NCBI GenBank assembly: GCA_039809905.1
Contig: JBDHVY010000001.1
Location: 300,001-332,000 of the forward strand
Direction: 5' to 3'
Length of the DNA: 32,000 bases
Source of the DNA: Candidatus Babelota bacterium
Lineage (GTDB): Bacteria; Babelota; Babeliae; Babelales; Vermiphilaceae
Shown: one piece after another, positions 24,295-32,000 of the stretch
Layout of the letters: every line of letters begins with the position of its first letter
Position numbering within the stretch: position 1 is the stretch's first letter
Translations under genes and position numbers: made by a program
Notes under the pieces: model-generated
Told to the model about the DNA's origin: nothing
What the model saw: the letters and a program-made list of their open reading frames with translations, nothing else
Databases searched by the model: none

Positions 24295-24894
24295 TTATAA
24301 TTTTTTTAATTTTTGTAATAACACTCGTTCTTGCTTGGTAAACTCATCTTTTTTTTGTGATCGATTTTGAACAAAATCTTCGCTTTTTTCTGAAACATGT
24401 TTACTTGCTTCAATCATTAATTTATCTAACATATCTTGTGCACTACTACTAAATTCTCTATCTTGAGTTAATTTTACAACGTGATCTTGCTGTTGGCTAC
24501 TCACAGTTTTTTTTGTTTTTAATTCTTGATGTAAAAGTTGTGAAAATGTTGATGAATCAATAGAAGGAATATTGTGATGCTGAGCATATCTATTCAATTC
24601 AGAATCGGACGACACAAGTAATAAATCTTTTGCTTTATGAAGATCAATATATTCTTTGATATAATCATCAGCACTCTCATGCATGCCAGAATACACAATT
24701 TGGACAGTTTTACCATTTTCCTTAAAAGGCCATTCATGAGGTCCCCCATCAAACACAATAACCATTTTGTGCTTCTTTCGGTGACCATATGTACCAAGCT
24801 GAATAATAAACCGAGCTCTTTCTTGCTCGGTAATCGCTTTTTTATACGGAGGTATGGAACGTAAAAGATTGTATGCATCAACGATAATAATCAT
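24295..24894 (-). CDS. NYN-domain (YacP/Rae1-like) predicted ribonuclease
   Basis: MIIIVDAYNLLR..., VIVFDGG, VQIVYSGMHESADDYIKEYI and LLLVSSDSEL parallel B. subtilis YacP blocks (LLVDGYNMIG, VIVVFDA, VEVIFTKENETADERIEKL, VATSDYTEQ). ATG at 24894 is preferred (GGGGA 10 nt upstream); the track start at 24924 remains possible. Confidence 0.8.
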   Translation of the reverse strand: MIIIVDAYNLLRSIPPYKKAITEQERARFIIQLGTYGHRKKHKMVIVFDGGPHEWPFKENGKTVQIVYSGMHESADDYIKEYIDLHKAKDLLLVSSDSELNRYAQHHNIPSIDSSTFSQLLHQELKTKKTVSSQQQDHVVKLTQDREFSSSAQDMLDKLMIEASKHVSEKSEDFVQNRSQKKDEFTKQERVLLQKLKKL

Positions 24895-25167
24895 AACTTT
24901 TGTGTCCCCAACACCTATGTTCATAAAATGTTTATTATAGAAAGCATCACTATATTAGCCCAAAAAAGTATCTAAAACTCTTTTAATCTGGGGTCCCCAA
25001 TCGGCATATATAAAGATTGGAGCTATAAAAGTATACCACAGTACCCCGTCCTTGTTACAATCAACAAACTATTTTTTACATCTATATTTTTGACAGGTAT
25101 AGGGGAAAAGATAAACTAACTAATGAATTATGAAAGAATAATATCTCATAAAAACAAAAGGATTTTT

Positions 25168-25650
25168 GTGAAAAAAAAGTTATTTCTTATGATCTGCCTA
25201 ACGGCATTAAATTCATCAATAGCTTTATCAAATGACAAAAAAAGTGACAATCTGTCTACAACTATAGGAGCTGTCCTGATTGTCGGTGCAGGTTATTACC
25301 TTTATAACAAATATACCACTCAAGCACCTGCCCCTTCTTCTGAAAAACCACAACAACTACATGATTCGCCAAAAATTATACCCCAAGAACGAAAAAAGAT
25401 TTCTGATGTTGATCTAAAAATAGATAGTCCTAGCAATAACAATCAAAAACCACAACCTTCGCTAACACATGATAAACTTCAAGATGAATCACCTAAAAAA
25501 CTAACAGTTACGCCACCTGCCACTGCTGAAAACAAGACTGATAACCTAACTCCTTCTGTTCCAAGCAATAATCTTGCCTGGCGAGAAATCTTTGGTAACA
25601 GTTTTGCTAAAATAACATCTGATCATCTGAACGATATAGTCTGGGAATAA
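25168..25650 (+). CDS. hypothetical membrane protein with Pro/Ser/Gln-rich, probably disordered, region
   Basis: GTG at 25168 with AAAGGA 5 nt upstream gives (M)KKKLFLMICLTALNSSIALS (signal peptide-like). A TM follows (IGAVLIVGAGYYLY), then a low-complexity P/S/Q/N-rich stretch. The track ATG at 25123 lacks an SD. Confidence 0.5.
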   Translation: MKKKLFLMICLTALNSSIALSNDKKSDNLSTTIGAVLIVGAGYYLYNKYTTQAPAPSSEKPQQLHDSPKIIPQERKKISDVDLKIDSPSNNNQKPQPSLTHDKLQDESPKKLTVTPPATAENKTDNLTPSVPSNNLAWREIFGNSFAKITSDHLNDIVWE

Positions 25651-25662
25651 TATAGCTTTTAA

Positions 25663-25691
25663 TTGAAAAATAACCCAACTAAGGGTACATT
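25663..25691 (+). promoter_or_regulatory. candidate sigma70-type promoter for atpG
   Basis: TTGAAA (25663-25668), a 17-nt spacer, then TACATT (25686-25691), about 40 nt upstream of the atpG ATG. Confidence 0.3.
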
Positions 25692-25731
25692 AGATTAATA
25701 TCATAGCTTAACACAAGCATGCTGGAGCGTT

Positions 25732-26583
25732 ATGTCTAAACTCATTCAAATGCGTAATCGCATTCAAACTATTGAAACAATAAGAAAAGTCACTGATGTG
25801 ATGCGCATTATTTCAATGTCAGCTCACTCACGTCTTAAAACCAAGCAAGAACCACTCAATACCTATTTGAATGCTCTCAAAAACCTTCTTGCAAAAGTAC
25901 AGCGAGCAACTCCATCGTGGTCACATGAACAACTTATGCCAACAGGCGATAATAACAATCGTTTGATTATTATTATTGGATCACAAAAAGGTTTATGTGG
26001 TGCTTTTAATACACAATTATCAAAAGTATTGAATGAATATTTATTAGCGAATCCATCTGCTCATTATCATTTCAGCGCAGTTGGAAAAAAACCAATTGAA
26101 TATCTGATTAACAATCATCCTGAAAAATTACTATGCTCTTTTCCTACCCTGACTTCACGTAATTTCTTAACAATCGCTCAAGAACTAACAGATCTGATTA
26201 TGACGGCAACCCCATCATATAGCTCAGTTGTGATCATCAGCAATGTATTCAAAAACTTTTTTGTACAAAAAGCTACCATTACGCAACTCATTCCTTTTGA
26301 TCCAACGCAGATTACCACGCATGCAACTCCTCCTACCGAAGGATATATGTGGGATGAAACCCCCAATACTATTCTTGATAAGTTAGCAATACAATATATT
26401 GAAGCACAGTTTCAGCATCTTATTTTCCAATCATTGTTATCTGAACATGCTGCACGCTTTCTTTCTATGGATAATTCAACACGTAATGCTAACACATTGC
26501 TCAACACAACTAAATTAGAATATAATAAAGTGCGACAAGCAAAAATTACCACTGAAATTACTGAATTGACGGGAAATTTTTAA
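25732..26583 (+). CDS. atpG: F-type ATP synthase gamma subunit
   Basis: 283 aa with three blocks matching E. coli gamma:
- N-terminal helix MRNRIQTIETIRKVTDVMRIISMSAHSRLK
- IIIGSQKGLCGAFN
- C-terminal SEHAARFLSMDNSTRNANTLL...LEYNKVRQAKITTEITELTG (E. coli: SEQAARMVAMKAATDNGG...[21 protein letters not shown]). Confidence 0.9.
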   Translation: MSKLIQMRNRIQTIETIRKVTDVMRIISMSAHSRLKTKQEPLNTYLNALKNLLAKVQRATPSWSHEQLMPTGDNNNRLIIIIGSQKGLCGAFNTQLSKVLNEYLLANPSAHYHFSAVGKKPIEYLINNHPEKLLCSFPTLTSRNFLTIAQELTDLIMTATPSYSSVVIISNVFKNFFVQKATITQLIPFDPTQITTHATPPTEGYMWDETPNTILDKLAIQYIEAQFQHLIFQSLLSEHAARFLSMDNSTRNANTLLNTTKLEYNKVRQAKITTEITELTGNF

Positions 26584-26595
26584 ACCTCAGCATCG

Positions 26596-28695
26596 TTAAA
26601 CTTCTGCGGCTTGCCCCATTTTAGGAACAGATGCTTTTTTGCTTTCACGTCTCCTAATTAGTACATTTTCTATTTTTTTAATGTTCTCAGAAGTAATTTC
26701 TTGTCTTGCCTGCTTCGCTTTTTCTGATAATTTTGGATATTCATTGCGTATTATGTGTATTCGCTCATTATAGTACTTTTCATCATCTGACCCATGCATA
26801 ATTTTCTCTGTTTTTTTCTCTTTATCTTCCCACTTAAACAAAACATTATCTTTTTCTTTAAAATAAACAGTTACATTGTCTGAATTTTTACTGCCAACAA
26901 TTAAAACATCTTTATTAGTAATACCACTAGAATCAGTTATTTCATCAATGAAAAACCATTTATAACTTTGCGATGACCTAATCAAATTAAACCAAGATAG
27001 CATGGAATAAAAATCCCATACTGTTGACGATATCTTTTTTATTCTATGAATAACTTGTACACGATCTTTCGGCAATAATCGTACAGATATCAAGGATGCC
27101 ATTAATTTTGCTTTTCTTTGCAGCCAATCCTGTATTTTCAATGTAATACGTTTTGGTGTTAAATCTTTCAATTCATAAACAGTACGAATAGCATCTTCTT
27201 TAGTAATGCCTGATGACACCATAGAAACAATGGCTCTAATATTATATGAGTTAATTTTAAGCTCAAAAGGAATAGTATCAGCATATAGTAAGATTATTGC
27301 AGGCTCTTTTTTAAAAAACGAAACAACATCGAGCGGCTTTTGCGGATCTCTTGTTTTGGCCAAAATCGAACCTATGGAAACAATTTTGTTATCAATATCT
27401 ACAACTGAAAACCATTCTATGCCTGGCAATTTAATCTGCGCAGTATTTTCTGTCCAACCTTCTGAAATAGGCCGCAAAATCGCACCATATTCATTTTTCA
27501 TTGTTTTTGCTCTTTTAAAAAAATCAGCAAAATTCATAGCTGTATACAAACGTATAACTTCTTTTCCATTATGCCAATTACTTATCAGATCAGGTGTCGC
27601 TACAGATGTAACCACATCATTTAACCCTTGAATTATTATAGGAAAAGAATAATATTCTTGCGTTTCTGATTTTATATTACCATAGATTATTTCAGCATTT
27701 ACTCCTGCTGCATAACATGATAACATTACCAACAATTTAGTATTTATTTTGTGATCAAAAAAACGTAATGTTTCTTTGAAATCATTAAAATTCAGATCCA
27801 CAACGCTATGATTAATTAATCCATGACCCGATATAAACACATGCCATTCAGGAATAATCATTTTTTCTTTATAATCAGCTTTTTGACAAAAAATCATATC
27901 CAAGGACGTTACAAAATAATGTGCGCGCATTGAACGCAAATAACGGATCGTACTTTTTAGAAAATAATTTACAAAACGACCATGTAAAGGCCTTATTATT
28001 AAGGAATAATCAATAGATTCCATATGATTAACTTTTAAGCCAAGTTGCAATTCAATATCAGTTATTTTGTTATCAGATCTATACTCTTTCACCTTATCTA
28101 TACTAATATTTATAGATTTTAAATACCTTATCGGCAGTAAAAGATTAAGAGAATTATTAATCTTTTTAATAATCCATTTATCGGCCTGAAAAGACAACTT
28201 ACTTATCGGAATCGCCATCTTTTCTTGAAGAGCCTTCTCAATTTCAGGATCTTTTTTTTTCTTGAGATAATAAGCTTGCTGCTCTTTACTGAATTCATCA
28301 TAAAGAGCAGTAATAGATCTATTATCCTTAGATCTATGCTCAAACAAATTATATAATAATGAAGTAGAAACGAGCATTGGGCTTGCTTCTTGATAAAGAG
28401 CTATAGACAATTCAATACTCAATGCTCCAAAATCATTTATTTCTGAATCATCAAGAAATATAAGCAATCCTTTTTTCTTATCAAGCTCTACCTTTGACAG
28501 CTCATTTTTTTGAAATTCTTTATTTATCAATTGTTGTTGGATTTGATTTTGTGAAAGTCCCTGCACACTCTTTTTGTTGATTTGATATTTTTGCTTGGCT
28601 TGCTTGGCAATACTATTCATCATAAAAAAAATAAGCAATGACGTTATCAATTGAAATAATTCATTATTTTTTATATTGCTTATTTTGTTTTTCAT
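26596..28695 (-). CDS. large hypothetical membrane-anchored protein with a caspase-fold (clan CD, CHAT/legumain-like) His/Cys dyad pattern
   Basis: 699 aa. N-terminal TM/signal anchor (LFQLITSLLIFFMMNSIA) and a Q/K-rich linker. A hydrophobic strand followed by HG (EWHVFISGHG; His codon 27825-27823) is followed 36 aa later by a hydrophobic strand plus Cys (KLLVMLSCYAAG; Cys codon 27717-27715). The rest of the protein has no motif I recognise. Confidence 0.7.
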   Translation of the reverse strand: MKNKISNIKNNELFQLITSLLIFFMMNSIAKQAKQKYQINKKSVQGLSQNQIQQQLINKEFQKNELSKVELDKKKGLLIFLDDSEINDFGALSIELSIALYQEASPMLVSTSLLYNLFEHRSKDNRSITALYDEFSKEQQAYYLKKKKDPEIEKALQEKMAIPISKLSFQADKWIIKKINNSLNLLLPIRYLKSINISIDKVKEYRSDNKITDIELQLGLKVNHMESIDYSLIIRPLHGRFVNYFLKSTIRYLRSMRAHYFVTSLDMIFCQKADYKEKMIIPEWHVFISGHGLINHSVVDLNFNDFKETLRFFDHKINTKLLVMLSCYAAGVNAEIIYGNIKSETQEYYSFPIIIQGLNDVVTSVATPDLISNWHNGKEVIRLYTAMNFADFFKRAKTMKNEYGAILRPISEGWTENTAQIKLPGIEWFSVVDIDNKIVSIGSILAKTRDPQKPLDVVSFFKKEPAIILLYADTIPFELKINSYNIRAIVSMVSSGITKEDAIRTVYELKDLTPKRITLKIQDWLQRKAKLMASLISVRLLPKDRVQVIHRIKKISSTVWDFYSMLSWFNLIRSSQSYKWFFIDEITDSSGITNKDVLIVGSKNSDNVTVYFKEKDNVLFKWEDKEKKTEKIMHGSDDEKYYNERIHIIRNEYPKLSEKAKQARQEITSENIKKIENVLIRRRESKKASVPKMGQAAEV

Positions 28696-28789
28696 ACTTG
28701 AAAACCTTTATAGATTTGCACTTATAAATAATTCATCTATGATGGTATTAATTTTTCAATTAAAAAAACAAGAAAGGGAAATTATCTCA

Positions 28790-29296
28790 TCAGTTCAAAT
28801 ACAACTGCTTGATACGTACTTCATTAATTTTATCTTGAACATCTTCACAAAAATAATCTAGCTGCCAGGCTTGTGTCCGCTGAGCTTGAGCATTATCTGC
28901 TGCATCCCAAATGGGATACACACGAATAGCACGTTTGCCGCCATTTCCATCTTTTGAAATAATCCCTTTTTGGTATAAAACATCTTTTGGAAAGACAAAC
29001 TGTCCACAATGGTTTTTGTTACGCACATGTACTACGAAAAAATCAAATTGATCACTCATATCATAGGGCATGATTGGTCCTTTACCAATACGTTTCCAAA
29101 AGGTAACAAATTGACCAATTTTAGTTGGCGTAATTTTTCCTACGCGAAAGATAATTTTTTTGCCATTCATCTCAAAAGAGCATGCACCATATTCGCGGCT
29201 CTCTGGTTCTTGTTGTATGTTTTCACATTTCCAGCCAAGAGGTTCATAAATATACTTTTGCGCTTCAACCAAATCATTTGTTTTTGTTGTTGCCAT
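28790..29296 (-). CDS. MepB family protein
   Basis: 168 aa. EYGACSFEMNGKKIIFRVGKITPTKIGQFVTFWKR, GQFVFPKDVLYQKGIIS and GKRAIRVYPIWD...QAWQLDYF match my recollection of the MepB family consensus. Starts 4 nt after the murA stop. Confidence 0.75.
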   Translation of the reverse strand: MATTKTNDLVEAQKYIYEPLGWKCENIQQEPESREYGACSFEMNGKKIIFRVGKITPTKIGQFVTFWKRIGKGPIMPYDMSDQFDFFVVHVRNKNHCGQFVFPKDVLYQKGIISKDGNGGKRAIRVYPIWDAADNAQAQRTQAWQLDYFCEDVQDKINEVRIKQLYLN

Positions 29297-29300
29297 ACAT

Positions 29301-30629
29301 CTATCTTTCGTGTTGTTGTAATTCTATTCCTGCTTCAGGCGTAATAACATTATTCCTTCTTTCGTGAAGAACTATTTTGCCTCCCAACGCTTGCAGCTTC
29401 TTTTCAAGCGCGTCATATCCTCGTTTCCAATGATGAAGCCCTGCCACGATTGTCACTCCTTGTGCCACAAGACCTGCAACAACAAGCGCCATTGATGCTC
29501 TAATATCACCAGCTTTAACTGCCGCCCCTGATAATTGTGGTACGCCAATAATGGTAGCTTTATTCTGTTCAATTTTTATATTAGCACCCATTTTTATTAA
29601 TTCATGGGCATGATGAAAACGATTTTCAAATACTGTTTCTTCAATAATGCTCGTTCCCTGCGCTATGCATTGCAATGCCATCATTGGTGCTTGCAAATCA
29701 GTAGGAAATTGCGGATATGGACCAGTTTTTAGCGAGATAGCCCGGGGAAACTGCGTTGCTTTTAAATGAATACCTTTGCCATCATCGCCCACAGTAATGG
29801 TATGACCCATTTCTTGAAGCTTAAGCAAAAATACATCCAGAACATCTGCTTGCGCATTAGAAATAGTAATTTCTCCCCCAGTTGCAGCCGCTGCTATCAA
29901 AAGAGACCCCGCTTCAAGGCGATCAACCATAATGGCGTGTTCTATTGGTCGCAAGGTTTCAACACCTTCGATAATAATAGTTGCTGGCGCTTCAATTTTT
30001 ATTTTTGATCCCATTTTGGTCAAGGCAGCAATAAGATCAAATACTTCAGGCTCACAAGCGGCATTTATAATTTTCGTTGTTCCTTGGGCCATTGTTGCTG
30101 CCATAATGATGTTTTCTGTTGCGCCCACACTAGGGTATTCAAGAACAAGACGCGTTGCGGTCAATTGTTGAACATCTGCAGAGACAAATTCCTCTTCTTG
30201 CAGAAATGCTGCTCCCATTTTCTCAAAATTCTTTAGATGATAATCAATCGGCCGCTTGCCAATTGCATCACCCCCAGGAAGCCCGCCTATCTTTGCCTTT
30301 CCAAAACGAGCAAGCAATGGCCCCATAGCCAAAATAGAAGTGCGCGTTTTTTGCATAATATCAGCATTAATAGTCCAACTATGCAACAAAGTTGTATCAA
30401 CAAAAAATTGATGTTTTTCAGCATCAAAAAAAACAATTGCTCCAAGCGCAATAAGCAGCTCTGCCATTGCATACACATCAGCTGAAGCCGGAACATTATA
30501 TAAAATCGATTTACCACGTGTTAAAATGAGAGATGATATGGTAACTAACACCGCATTTTTGGCACCGCTTAATTCTACTTCACCATACAATGGTCCTGAT
30601 TGATCTACTTTTAAATATCCATCATGCAT
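29301..30629 (-). CDS. murA: UDP-N-acetylglucosamine 1-carboxyvinyltransferase (Asp-type active site)
   Basis: 442 aa with GEVELSGAKNAVLVTISSLILT and the active-site loop GGLPGGDAIGKRPIDYHL, where Asp (codon 30269-30267) replaces the Cys of E. coli Cys115. The C-terminal blocks are typical of MurA. Confidence 0.95.
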   Translation of the reverse strand: MHDGYLKVDQSGPLYGEVELSGAKNAVLVTISSLILTRGKSILYNVPASADVYAMAELLIALGAIVFFDAEKHQFFVDTTLLHSWTINADIMQKTRTSILAMGPLLARFGKAKIGGLPGGDAIGKRPIDYHLKNFEKMGAAFLQEEEFVSADVQQLTATRLVLEYPSVGATENIIMAATMAQGTTKIINAACEPEVFDLIAALTKMGSKIKIEAPATIIIEGVETLRPIEHAIMVDRLEAGSLLIAAAATGGEITISNAQADVLDVFLLKLQEMGHTITVGDDGKGIHLKATQFPRAISLKTGPYPQFPTDLQAPMMALQCIAQGTSIIEETVFENRFHHAHELIKMGANIKIEQNKATIIGVPQLSGAAVKAGDIRASMALVVAGLVAQGVTIVAGLHHWKRGYDALEKKLQALGGKIVLHERRNNVITPEAGIELQQHER

Positions 30630-30827
30630 GTAAAAAATTCCTGGTTATATCTTTAGCGCTTATTATTATAAATCTTTCTTTAAATAATTAGGATTGCCAG
30701 TATAGCAGAAATATTGTTTAAAATGATTATCATCATTCTGTTTATAACATCAAACTCATTAAAAAATATTTAACGTTCAATGTTTTCAGTTATAATACCA
30801 TACTATGCTATAACCATCAGTCCATCA

Positions 30828-30845
30828 CCTTATAAGCCTTATAAG
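30828..30845. promoter_or_regulatory. two tandem copies of CCTTATAAG, each containing the perfect 8-bp palindrome CTTATAAG (candidate operator upstream of the ankyrin gene)
   Basis: CCTTATAAGCCTTATAAG read directly, about 65 nt upstream of the ATG at 30911 and downstream of a perfect TATAAT at 30791-30796. Confidence 0.3.
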
Positions 30846-30910
30846 CAAACAAGTATCAAAATTTACACTCAATAACAAAAATTAAGATAAAACAATCAGG
30901 AAGAGAGACA

Positions 30911-32000
30911 ATGAAAAAAATAGGTTTTATATACATATTATTATCTTATGCAGCATTCGCTTTTCTATATTCCGTATGCATGGATTTGCCACAACATTTG
31001 AAGTCCACAGAAGATCAAAGATATTTTAATCATTTGGTAAGAAGCCATGCTTTTGATAAAGCAAGGACATATGTAAATGGCAAAGAAAATCTTTTAGATG
31101 TAAGCAATTCTTTTTTATGCCCTTTATCTATTGCAATTAATGAAAATGATTATTCTGCTGTTTCTTTTTTGCTTTCACTGCCTATGAAATATAACGATAT
31201 GCATTATATCCAAGTCAAAAATAAAAAAATGGCAAAATTACTTACCCATAGAGGCAAAACAGATCACAATACAAAAGATCTCCACATACAAATATTATTC
31301 GCAATGACTCGCCATGGTGGTTACAAAAAACCTTTCATGAGATATACGATGAATGCAATTGATATAAATATGCGAATCGATGATTCAAAAAATACTTTTT
31401 TGCATAATGCAGTAGCCACAAAAAATCGCAAGGCTCTCGAGGTTTTATTGGAAAATTCTTCGATTAACATACACAAAAAAAATATCCATGGTCTAACTGC
31501 ATATCAACTTGCTATTGATTGTGCACAGCCAAAGATTATCGATCTTTTTAACAAAGTAGGGATTTTTTTTAGTCCTATTGAACGAGGAAATCCTTGCGAA
31601 ATCGAAGGTGATGAAAAAAAAATTGAATTTTTAGCAGAAAATGAAAAGTTCTTAGCTACGCTTCTTTTTAATACCACAAAAAGAGAAGTAGAAAACCTTA
31701 CAAAACAAAAAAAAGCATATTCAGCGCAGCAAGGAATTATGTGCAATAGCAAAGGCTATTACTTTCTTAATGCTTCGATGAAAGATTTAGAATGCTGGAT
31801 GGGCCTGGAAAAAATGGAAAATATAAAAAAGCATTTGGCAGATATCTGCTGTATGGTATTAGATGGAATGAGAGATGATTCAAACCATCTTTTTAAAGGC
31901 ACTCTACCAAGATATGCTTTTCTGGAGGGTATACCCTTTTCCGATCATAATTCAATTACTAAGCTCGTAAAAAAATATCCTTTTACACTCTTTTATAATG
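30911..32000 (+). CDS. ankyrin-repeat protein with N-terminal signal-peptide-like segment, truncated by the right window edge
   Basis: Frame hand-checked as open from the ATG at 30911 to base 32000; absent from the track because it runs off the edge. GGAAGAG SD upstream. N-terminus MKKIGFIYILLSYAAFAFLYS. ANK-like units: CPLSIAINENDYSAVSFLL and NTFLHNAVATKNRKALEVLLENSSINIHKKNIHGLTAYQLAIDCAQPKIIDLF. Confidence 0.75.
   Translation, partial: MKKIGFIYILLSYAAFAFLYSVCMDLPQHLKSTEDQRYFNHLVRSHAFDKARTYVNGKENLLDVSNSFLCPLSIAINENDYSAVSFLLSLPMKYNDMHYIQVKNKKMAKLLTHRGKTDHNTKDLHIQILFAMTRHGGYKKPFMRYTMNAIDINMRIDDSKNTFLHNAVATKNRKALEVLLENSSINIHKKNIHGLTAYQLAIDCAQPKIIDLFNKVGIFFSPIERGNPCEIEGDEKKIEFLAENEKFLATLLFNTTKREVENLTKQKKAYSAQQGIMCNSKGYYFLNASMKDLECWMGLEKMENIKKHLADICCMVLDGMRDDSNHLFKGTLPRYAFLEGIPFSDHNSITKLVKKYPFTLFYN

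Noticed and set aside
25123-25167. Upstream ATG start for the Pro-rich membrane protein
   Set aside because: It has no SD. The GTG at 25168 has AAAGGA at ideal spacing and yields a typical KKK-hydrophobic signal sequence. The assignment remains uncertain.
1-32000. Searched by eye for CRISPR arrays, IS elements/transposases/integrases next to the tRNAs, rRNA genes, prophage genes, and stop-codon reassignment
   Set aside because: No regularly spaced direct repeats and no transposase- or integrase-like ORFs were seen. The conserved genes read through cleanly with the standard code, with no in-frame TGA or TAG.

Overview
AT-rich bacterial chromosomal window. All calls come from reading the sequence and the ORF track by eye; no searches were run.

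Core (about 5.9-23.1 kb, all on the minus strand): a conserved translation/transcription cluster, in transcription order:
- tRNA-Tyr, tRNA-Gly, tRNA-Thr(UGU), a 207-bp spacer, tRNA-Thr(GGU)
- rpmG, tRNA-Trp, secE, nusG
- rplK, rplA, rplJ, rplL, rpoB, rpoC
- tRNA-Val, rpsO, pnp, rph, and a holA-like gene

No tuf gene is present in this cluster.

Flanks, which hold the lineage-specific content:
- A CdaA-like gene that appears to have lost all diadenylate-cyclase catalytic motifs, still paired with a YbbR gene and followed by a DUF502 gene.
- Three tandem paralogues with signal-peptide-like N-termini and a methyltransferase fold. Only the first keeps the SAM-binding motif.
- arfB, tsaE and a YacP/NYN gene.
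- A solitary atpG.
- A 699-aa membrane-anchored protein with a caspase-like (clan CD) His/Cys dyad pattern.
- A MepB-family gene and murA (Asp in place of the fosfomycin-target Cys).
- Two edge-truncated ORFs absent from the supplied track: a secreted Cys-rich protein at 1..715 (-) and an ankyrin-repeat protein at 30911..32000 (+).

Other signals:
- A Cys-rich, double zinc-ribbon-like insertion of about 59 aa in the N-terminus of RpoB.
- A 30-nt GC-rich repeat family, two copies of which form a 121-bp inverted-repeat element abutting tRNA-Val.
- An rplL-rpoB terminator/attenuator.

The gene content (ankyrin repeats, exported paralogue families, compact operons, low GC) suggests a host-associated, possibly intracellular bacterium. 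That is inference only. No CRISPR array, transposase, integrase or rRNA was seen.
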